Shown: positions 17,075 through 23,379 of the stretch, in pieces
Position numbering within the stretch: the first letter of the stretch is position 1
Layout: each line of letters begins with the position of its first letter
Assembly: GCA_947176655.1 (NCBI GenBank)
Contig: CAMWRK010000001.1
Coordinates: forward strand, 1-36,637
DNA from: an uncultured Prevotellaceae bacterium
GTDB lineage: Bacteria; Bacteroidota; Bacteroidia; Bacteroidales; Bacteroidaceae
Reading direction: 5' to 3'
DNA: 36,637 bases
The notes under the pieces: generated by a model
What the model was told of the DNA's origin: nothing
Databases searched by the model: none
What the model saw: only the letters and a program-made list of their open reading frames with translations
Translations under genes and position numbers: made by a program

Positions 17075-17914
17075 TTAGAGCCATGTCACGGGAATCTCGT
17101 ATGTTATCTTCTTGTCGTTAGTGCTTTCATCTATGGTGATTCCTAACTGCAGACCACCATCGGTGGTCGGAGTATAGCTTGGCCTGATTGTAAGCTTATG
17201 CGCCTTGTTGCGCTCCAGTCTGAATGTTCCTGTTGCAGAACCGTTTGCCACTGTGCCGCCATTGCCCTGTGTGAGATAGTCTTCCTTGGCTTTCAGACTG
17301 ATTGTATAGTTGATGTTCTCGCCATTCTTGTCCAAGGCTATATACCATGGCTCGACATCTGTCTTGCTCCAGGCAATGGTGCTTGAACCCAACATCTTGG
17401 TTCCGCCAAACGTTACGTTATAGTCGTCAAAATATGTTGCCATTGTCTGGTCAAAGTCAACAGACACCTTTCCGCATGTGGGCGAACAGTTCACCACAAC
17501 GCTCTTTTCCTCCTTTGCCTTGAGGGTGACCACCGTCGAACCGCTCATGAAGAACTCGTCACGGCTTGCATCATGCTCTGCACCGTAGGTGGCAGTAATC
17601 TTGTAGCTGCCGATGTCAAATGTCTTCGGGAGATAGGAACCCAGCTCATAAGCCTTGCATTCCAGCAACACATTGTCGTTGGAGGCATTTATTATCTGAA
17701 CCGTATATTCACTTGTGAGCATATAATTGCTCTCATTCAGCGAACGCGTACCTTCACTAAAAGAAGGATCGGGATTAAGATTTATACTCAGCGTCCCTTT
17801 TCCCAACTCATTTGGCGGGGAAACCAAATTCAGATTCTTATCATTCGCGCTACAAGAAGCAAGTGCCAATGATGCAAGAATACCAAAACGAAAAAAAATG
17901 TTTCTTCTTTCCAT
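17075..17914 (-). CDS. DUF4493-like lipoprotein (paralogue 1; first gene of the operon)
   Basis: 279-aa ORF with lipobox LALASC. Paralogue motifs: GTLSINLNPDPSFSEGTRS, IGSYKITATYG, DEFFMSGS and SVVVNCSPTCGKVSVDF. Confidence 0.8.
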   Translation of the reverse strand: MERRNIFFRFGILASLALASCSANDKNLNLVSPPNELGKGTLSINLNPDPSFSEGTRSLNESNYMLTSEYTVQIINASNDNVLLECKAYELGSYLPKTFDIGSYKITATYGAEHDASRDEFFMSGSTVVTLKAKEEKSVVVNCSPTCGKVSVDFDQTMATYFDDYNVTFGGTKMLGSSTIAWSKTDVEPWYIALDKNGENINYTISLKAKEDYLTQGNGGTVANGSATGTFRLERNKAHKLTIRPSYTPTTDGGLQLGITIDESTNDKKITYEIPVTWL

Positions 17915-18006
17915 AACTTACATTAATTATTGATTTATATTTTCTATGTCTGTCATTACACCGTGCGTCATGCGCACAGAGGATTCCATGCCAACTTAAC
18001 TGCATG

Positions 18007-18014
18007 CAAAATTA
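18007..18014 (-). promoter_or_regulatory. candidate -7 promoter box (TAATTTTG) for the DUF4493/PCMD operon
   Basis: The minus strand reads GGTAATTTTGCATGCAG, a perfect TAnnTTTG about 93 nt upstream of the ATG at 17914. Only an imperfect -33 element is present (TTTC, 23-nt spacer). Confidence 0.35.
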
Positions 18015-18125
18015 CCTTATTTATATTATACGCGCGCGAAATATTGGTAAAACCTTGCATTTTACCGAATCTTCCTCAAAAATACACGGTTTCATCGCAA
18101 TGACAGCAAGTGCAAAAAACATTTT

Positions 18126-18845
18126 TCACTTCATCGCCGCCTCGGCATCCTTGCTGAGACGTTCCACCGAGGCACGGATGATGACCACATCCTCCAGCGG
18201 TCTGTCGTTGGTATCGGTGGGGCATTTCTGTATCTTTCCGACAATATCCAGTCCCTCTATGACCTCGCCGAAAACAGTGTACGCACCGTCCAAGTGCGGT
18301 GTGCCCCCATACATCTGATAGTCGCTTATCATGAACCTGTCAAGTTCAATTCCTCTTTCAGAAAGGTAAGATATAGCCTTCTTCAAATCGGCAGGAGCCA
18401 TCTTGCGCCCCCATACTATATAGAACTGCGAACCGCTGCTGCGGAAGTCGGGATTGACATCATCGCCCTCGCGTGCCGCCGCCACAGCGCCGCGCACATG
18501 GTACAGGTCTGGAAACACTATCTCTGCCGGCAGAGTGTAGTCCTGTCCGCCCTCGCCGAGAAGCGAATCCTTGTTGGCATTGCGGCTGTCGGGGTCACCG
18601 CCCTGAATCACGAAGCTCTCTATGACTCGGTGAAAGAGAAGTCCGTCGTAATATCCCGATGCGGCAAGACGCAGGAAGTTGTCCCTGTGCACCGGTGTCA
18701 TGTCGGACAGGGCTATGCGGATGTCGCCAAGCGAGGTCTCAAGATGTACCACACTGCGTTTCTCCTTACGAACTGCAAGAGCGGATACCGGCATCATGAA
18801 CAACAAGGCCAGCAGGCCGGCAAGAAAAGTTGATAGGCGTGTCAT
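18126..18845 (-). CDS. secreted cyclophilin-type peptidyl-prolyl cis-trans isomerase
   Basis: 239-aa ORF with a signal peptide (LLALLFMMPVSALA). Cyclophilin motifs: YYDGLLFHRVIESFVIQGGDP, GSQFYIVWG and LDGAYTVFGEVIEGLDIV. Confidence 0.9.
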   Translation of the reverse strand: MTRLSTFLAGLLALLFMMPVSALAVRKEKRSVVHLETSLGDIRIALSDMTPVHRDNFLRLAASGYYDGLLFHRVIESFVIQGGDPDSRNANKDSLLGEGGQDYTLPAEIVFPDLYHVRGAVAAAREGDDVNPDFRSSGSQFYIVWGRKMAPADLKKAISYLSERGIELDRFMISDYQMYGGTPHLDGAYTVFGEVIEGLDIVGKIQKCPTDTNDRPLEDVVIIRASVERLSKDAEAAMK

Positions 18846-18879
18846 CTGTTCTTTGGTTTATTTGTTACATAATGGCAAA

Positions 18880-18887
18880 CAAATGTA
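18880..18887 (-). promoter_or_regulatory. candidate -7 promoter box (TACATTTG) upstream of the PPIase gene
   Basis: The minus strand reads TTATTTACATTTGTTTGCC, a perfect TAnnTTTG about 35 nt upstream of the ATG at 18845. No clear -33 TTTG is present. Confidence 0.3.
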
Positions 18888-19018
18888 AATAATTTCCGTG
18901 AGATTTCCGCATTGACGGATTTAAAGATAAGAGATCGACATCTTCGGGGACACGAAAAGGCATGGCGACTGATTTGGATTGGCCAGAAATTGAAATTGTG
19001 TCAACAAAAACAGCCATA

Positions 19019-20659
19019 TTAATCTACCAGAACATCATTGCCCCGGATTATTCGATGATGCAATCCATCGCATCCGACAAATGCATCTCTGGCAATATGT
19101 TTCACGCCATGCGGAATAATTACAGTAGAAAGTTTTCTGCATCCGGCAAAAGCGTACCGGCCAATGTCACATATCCCATCCGGAAGGACAAGAACTTCAG
19201 GAGTGTTGACAAAAGCATACGAACCTATGGCAGTCACTTCTGGCAGGAAACGCGTTGTGGCACAGCCGAGAACCAGTCTGCCAGTCCTTCTCTCAACGAT
19301 TGAGTTTGAACCGTCAGATTTGTAGACCGTATTGTCTTTGGCAACTGTTATGGCCACGCATCTCTCACTGTAACGGAATGCCGTGGAATCAATGCCAGCC
19401 ACCGAAGCTGGGATGTCAATGGATGTAATGCCGCTTCCCTCAAATGCAAAAGCGTCTATATACCTGACTCCGTCCGGAATGACCGTACCGTTACATCCTG
19501 CCAACAATGCGCCGTTCGATGTCCGGATGATGGCGTTGCAATTGTTACGGGAATCATAGTATCTATTCTTCGGATCTACAACAATAGAGTGCAACGATAC
19601 ACAACCGGAAAACATACCGTTCCCCAGTTCCTTGACTCCATCCGGAATATAAATGCTGTCCAATGACGTGCAGTCTCCGAACTGCCCTCCCTTTTCAAAG
19701 CATGTCAGTGTGCATGGCAGAATGACACGCTTTAGCGAATGACATCTCCAGAAGGCATCAGCACTGACAGTAGCCACACCCTCCGGTATCGTTATGCTAT
19801 GCAGGTTGATGCAATACTGAAAGGCACTCTCGCCAATGACATCCACGCCGGAGGGAATTACTGTTGTGCAGCAACCTCTGACGAGACAACCTCCCTCTAT
19901 TATCGCATTGCAGTTTTCTCTTGAGTCGTAAACCCCATTCCTTTCGTCCACAGTTATTGATGTAACATTTGGACAATAGTAGAATGCTTCCCCGTCAACC
20001 ATTTCCACAGTAGACGAAATATGTATCTTTGTCAGATCGGGACACCTATAGAAAGCGTACTTGCAAATGTTTTTTATTCCTTCGGGAATGATAACAGAAT
20101 CAACAAGACAACCGTCGTAGGCCGCTCCGCGTATACATTCGACGGAAGAAGGAATTTTTGTTCCCTTGCATCCATAGACAAGGCCATTGCTTCTTGTTAG
20201 GATTATAGCGTTGCACCTGTCTCTGCTGTCAAATATCCTGTTGCCGTCATCTACGTAAATCGACGACAAAGCGATGCAGTAAGAAAAGACATATTCGCCT
20301 ATAACCCTCACACTGGCAGGAATATGTATCGCCTCCATGTCCGTACAAGCACAGAAAGCACTGTCGCATATCTCTTCTATACCGTTGCTTATGTCGACTT
20401 GCCTTATGCTACTGCACCGGGCAAACGCAGAATTCCCAATACCTCTTACATAATATGTCTTACCATTGTGGCGAATCTTGGCTGGAATATTCAGGACAGC
20501 GTCCTTGAATGGATACCCATCATTCCATGCCACAATATTGACGGAATCCTTGCAGATAACCTTGTACTGAAAACCTGATTCGACAAAAGTGGAATCAGCC
20601 TTTGCACACAGTATCGGAAATAATACCGCAAGGCAAAATATGTACAGCCTTTTCAACAT
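19019..20659 (-). CDS. BspA-like leucine-rich-repeat (LRR_5-type) surface protein
   Basis: 546-aa ORF with a signal peptide. It has many repeats of the pattern IP.GV..IG..AF..C..L.SI.IP and recurring NCNAII / YDSR(D/E/N) motifs, characteristic of BspA-type LRR proteins. Confidence 0.85.
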   Translation of the reverse strand: MLKRLYIFCLAVLFPILCAKADSTFVESGFQYKVICKDSVNIVAWNDGYPFKDAVLNIPAKIRHNGKTYYVRGIGNSAFARCSSIRQVDISNGIEEICDSAFCACTDMEAIHIPASVRVIGEYVFSYCIALSSIYVDDGNRIFDSRDRCNAIILTRSNGLVYGCKGTKIPSSVECIRGAAYDGCLVDSVIIPEGIKNICKYAFYRCPDLTKIHISSTVEMVDGEAFYYCPNVTSITVDERNGVYDSRENCNAIIEGGCLVRGCCTTVIPSGVDVIGESAFQYCINLHSITIPEGVATVSADAFWRCHSLKRVILPCTLTCFEKGGQFGDCTSLDSIYIPDGVKELGNGMFSGCVSLHSIVVDPKNRYYDSRNNCNAIIRTSNGALLAGCNGTVIPDGVRYIDAFAFEGSGITSIDIPASVAGIDSTAFRYSERCVAITVAKDNTVYKSDGSNSIVERRTGRLVLGCATTRFLPEVTAIGSYAFVNTPEVLVLPDGICDIGRYAFAGCRKLSTVIIPHGVKHIARDAFVGCDGLHHRIIRGNDVLVD

Positions 20660-20677
20660 ACCGTTACAAATTATGTT

Positions 20678-21088
20678 TTATTTAGATGGTTTAAATATAA
20701 CGCCTACTATTTTCCAACCATTCTGAAAATTTCCATTAGGTTTTATTTTGCCTCCGTCATAAGATGTCTTTTGTGTGTCGAAAATGCTGTATCCAGTGAA
20801 ATTTATTTGGCCTTTGCTGTAAGATTTGACATATGCCATATGGCCATTGCCATTTTCATCTTCGAGCAAAATACCATTTATTGATTTACAATTGTTATCA
20901 TCACAAAAAAATGCGTTTGCTTCATTAGCAGAAGAAAATGTCTCGTAACCAGAGAAAAGTTTTTTTGTAGTTGTTGTGCCATCAGAATTCTTAGTAGTTC
21001 CTATTGGGAATCTATCATTCAATTTCATTAGTGTGCTAATGGACATTGATGAACTTTCCGGTGTCCAACTGTAGAATCCAACAGCCAA
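20678..21088 (-). CDS. AT-rich orphan ORF, unknown function (possibly a 5'-truncated gene)
   Basis: 136-aa ORF in a segment visibly poorer in G+C than its flanks. It has no signal peptide. The segment ILLEDENGNGHMAYVKSYSKGQINFTGYSIF is faintly reminiscent of the His-containing strand of CHAP/NlpC-type amidases, but I see no matching catalytic Cys context. It abuts the end of the IS30 remnant. Confidence 0.4.
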   Translation of the reverse strand: MAVGFYSWTPESSSMSISTLMKLNDRFPIGTTKNSDGTTTTKKLFSGYETFSSANEANAFFCDDNNCKSINGILLEDENGNGHMAYVKSYSKGQINFTGYSIFDTQKTSYDGGKIKPNGNFQNGWKIVGVIFKPSK

Positions 21089-21095
21089 TGCAAAG

Positions 21096-21660
21096 TTATG
21101 TAATATTTTGCATAGAACTATTCAATGGTGTATCAAAATTAAGTTTTTCTCTGGGTCTTCTGTTCAATTTCTTCTGAATCTTCCTGATATTCCCATCCGT
21201 AAAGTCTGCGAAGTTCGCTTTCTTGGGTATATATTTCCTGACGTGCTTGTTTGCATGCTCAATGGCTCCCTTCTGTCATGATGCATACGAATCCGCAAAA
21301 TACACTATGACCTTTTTCTCTGTTCTTCAGCCGTCATCTGCACTCACAAGCCTTCCGGAGTGCCTTCGCTGGGACGTCTTCCGCTCTTCGGCATGGACAC
21401 ATTTCTGTCATTATATTTCCTGAATGCCATCGGGCATTCCCAAGAGACCCCAACCAGTCTCTCCCATGCCCCTTCACAGCCTCCGGGACACATCCTCGCG
21501 ATGTCCCGGTTCAAACATCGTGGTCTTGGAGGCGAAGACCATTGAGCTTGGCCTCCAAGACCACGGTCTTTCGACCCGAAGACCACGGTGTCTCTGGCGG
21601 GGGTATGCGAGATGTCCGACACAGGATGTCATTACGTGCCTTCACCCGCCGATGGCATAT
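21096..21660 (-). pseudogene. IS30-family transposase remnant (decayed; in-frame TGA and frameshifts)
   Basis: The minus-strand translation ending at TAA (21096-21098) reads KVIVYFADSYAS*QKGAIEHANKHVRKYIPKKANFADFTDGNIRKIQKKLNRRPREKLNFDTPL. This matches the IS30 C-terminal signature (YFa.PY.sWqrG.nEn.NgllRqY.PK...lN.RPRk.L.f.TP), with TGA (21276-21278) where the conserved Trp should be. Upstream, only fragments are recognisable in shifted frames (..ARDTVVFGSKDRG.. resembles ..EGDTvvGk.hkG..). The left boundary is well supported. The right boundary near 21660 is approximate. Confidence 0.65.
21519..21565. repeat. 15-bp perfect inverted repeat (hairpin, 17-nt loop) inside the IS30 remnant
   Basis: CGTGGTCTTGGAGGC (21519-21533) and GCCTCCAAGACCACG (21551-21565) are exact reverse complements. 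The core AAGACCACG recurs as a direct copy at 21579-21587. Confidence 0.85.
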
Positions 21661-22003
21661 CATAGCAACGCCCTATAATACAACAAGATATAGCAAGTCA
21701 AGAACAAGCAACAGAAGACACCATGAGCGTTGGAACCCCACATGGTCTGTCATGTCTCCTTCTGTTTTACACACGGTCTCCGACTTTTATACTGACGACA
21801 CCGGCCAAGCCCAACTGACTACACCGCTAACGTGTAAAGATTTTTTTTGATAGAAACACCCTGTATACAAAAAGCCCCCCCCTCTTCACTCAACGCTCAT
21901 CAGCTCATCCATATATATAATGTATACACCTACCAGCCGCACCAATATCCGCCGCTTCCCCGATTTTTTATCCCTTACGTGCCGAAATCCGAAGTTTTTT
22001 GTC

Positions 22004-22011
22004 TAAATTTG
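22004..22011 (+). promoter_or_regulatory. candidate -7 promoter box (TAAATTTG) immediately upstream of the C11 protease gene
   Basis: GTCTAAATTTGCAGACATG contains a perfect TAnnTTTG ending 5 nt before the ATG at 22017. That implies a leaderless or near-leaderless transcript if the box is used. Confidence 0.3.
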
Positions 22012-22016
22012 CAGAC

Positions 22017-23243
22017 ATGAAGAATATTGTACACCTTTTTATATTATTTATATCCGGCATACTCATTCCAACCCTGTTCATGACTTCCTGCGGCGACGAA
22101 CTGCCATATCCAGACGAAAAACTCGGAGGAAACACCGTAATCATATACATGGGAGCGGACAACAGCCTGTCCGGCAACGCGTACTCCGACCTCGAAGAGA
22201 TGCAAAGAGCCGTGCGCGACATTCCGGACGATTGCCAACTGGTGGTGTACAAGGACGGAGAACTGAAACCCGCGATATACCGTTTCACGAACAAAGGCAG
22301 GACAACATGGAAAGAGTTTGGGGAGGAGCACAACAGTGCTGATCCGGCCACGGCACGGAGCATCCTGCAGGACATCGTCAGAGATTTCCCGTCCAGGAAA
22401 TATTCGCTGATTCTGTGGAGCCACGGTTCCGGATGGATGGCTCCGCCGACCAGTTCCCCGCAGAAAGCCATCATACAGGACAAGAACACGGGCAACACGC
22501 AGACAGGTGGCACATCGTCACAGGGCAGCTGGCTCGGCATCGATGAGCTGGCCGACATACTGGCAACATTGCCCCGCATGGAGTACATCATGTTCGACGC
22601 ATGCTACATGCAGAGCGTGGAAGTCGCGGCAGAGCTGTACAGCTATACGGACTACATCATCGGCTCGCCGACAGAGATTCCGGGAGCCGGAGCACCATAC
22701 CACCTGACACTGAAGGCCATGTGCCGTGCCGACATACAGGGCATCATAGACAATTATGCGGCTGCATATCCGGGAAACTACGGTGTGCTGCTCTCCGCCG
22801 TGTCATGTGCTGAGTTTCCGGCTTTCTGCGAAGCCACGGCAAAATGCATTCCCCTCGCCTTCAACAAGGAAAACATGCCATCTCTGGCCGGAATACAGAT
22901 CTATGCTCCGGCCTTCGGTACGTCCCTGCCATATCAGAAAAGTATGCCGGTGCCATACGACATGCGCTCCGCCATGCACCGCGTGCTTCCGGACGAGACC
23001 TGCGAGATCTGGGAGAAACAGTGGAGAAAGACCATCCTGTACCCTGTAAAGGCCGAAGGATGGGTAAGCATCTACGACAGCTACAGATACGGCCACTTCC
23101 ACTGCACCATGACTGACCCGGAGCACTACGGAGGCATCTCCATGAACATCCCGGACAGCAAATACGACACCAAGGGGTGGAACAAGGAGTTTGCACAGAC
23201 AGAATGGTACAAGGCCGGCAGCTGGGAGCAGACAGGATGGTAG
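22017..23243 (+). CDS. clostripain-family (peptidase C11) cysteine protease lipoprotein
   Basis: ORF 21999..23243. I placed the start at MKNIVHLFILFISGILIPTLFMTSC (ATG at 22017), which gives a lipobox. C11 catalytic dyad contexts are present: LILWSHGSGW (His-Gly) and YIMFDACYMQS (Ala-Cys). The N-terminal VIIYMGADNSL is typical of the family. Confidence 0.85.
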   Translation: MKNIVHLFILFISGILIPTLFMTSCGDELPYPDEKLGGNTVIIYMGADNSLSGNAYSDLEEMQRAVRDIPDDCQLVVYKDGELKPAIYRFTNKGRTTWKEFGEEHNSADPATARSILQDIVRDFPSRKYSLILWSHGSGWMAPPTSSPQKAIIQDKNTGNTQTGGTSSQGSWLGIDELADILATLPRMEYIMFDACYMQSVEVAAELYSYTDYIIGSPTEIPGAGAPYHLTLKAMCRADIQGIIDNYAAAYPGNYGVLLSAVSCAEFPAFCEATAKCIPLAFNKENMPSLAGIQIYAPAFGTSLPYQKSMPVPYDMRSAMHRVLPDETCEIWEKQWRKTILYPVKAEGWVSIYDSYRYGHFHCTMTDPEHYGGISMNIPDSKYDTKGWNKEFAQTEWYKAGSWEQTGW

Positions 23244-23379
23244 GAGCCGGGACGGGGGAATCTGCGGCGACATGCCCAATACGGAGACTTTCGCAATATT
23301 TAACGGACAGCCCTCGGTATTGTCGGAAAATAACATTAAATTTGCACGGGAATATTCATTAAATTCAAATCGTATATCT

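Noticed and set aside
21344-21850. Several 60-100-aa ORFs on both strands (e.g. 21344..21622 minus, 21542..21850 plus) as possible small genes.
   Set aside because: They lie within or next to the decayed IS30 transposase. The minus-strand ORF is simply one surviving frame segment of the pseudogene, and the plus-strand ORFs are Arg/Ser/Thr/His-rich antisense products.
21660-22016. Divergent strand-switch region (all genes to the left on minus, all to the right on plus) considered as a replication origin.
   Set aside because: I found no cluster of DnaA boxes (TTATCCACA-like), only a partial TTATCCCTT. There is no dnaA/dnaN nearby. The rRNA operon at the right edge is on the minus strand, so it would be transcribed head-on to a fork coming from this point. 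That is atypical for rRNA operons. The IS30 remnant offers a simpler rearrangement explanation.
23191-23379. Long-form start of the pepP ORF overlapping the C11 gene by 53 nt.
   Set aside because: The extra 63 residues are Arg/Gly-rich and unlike M24B N-termini. The Met at 23380 aligns with the usual start of Xaa-Pro aminopeptidases (MLFDRETYIQRR...).
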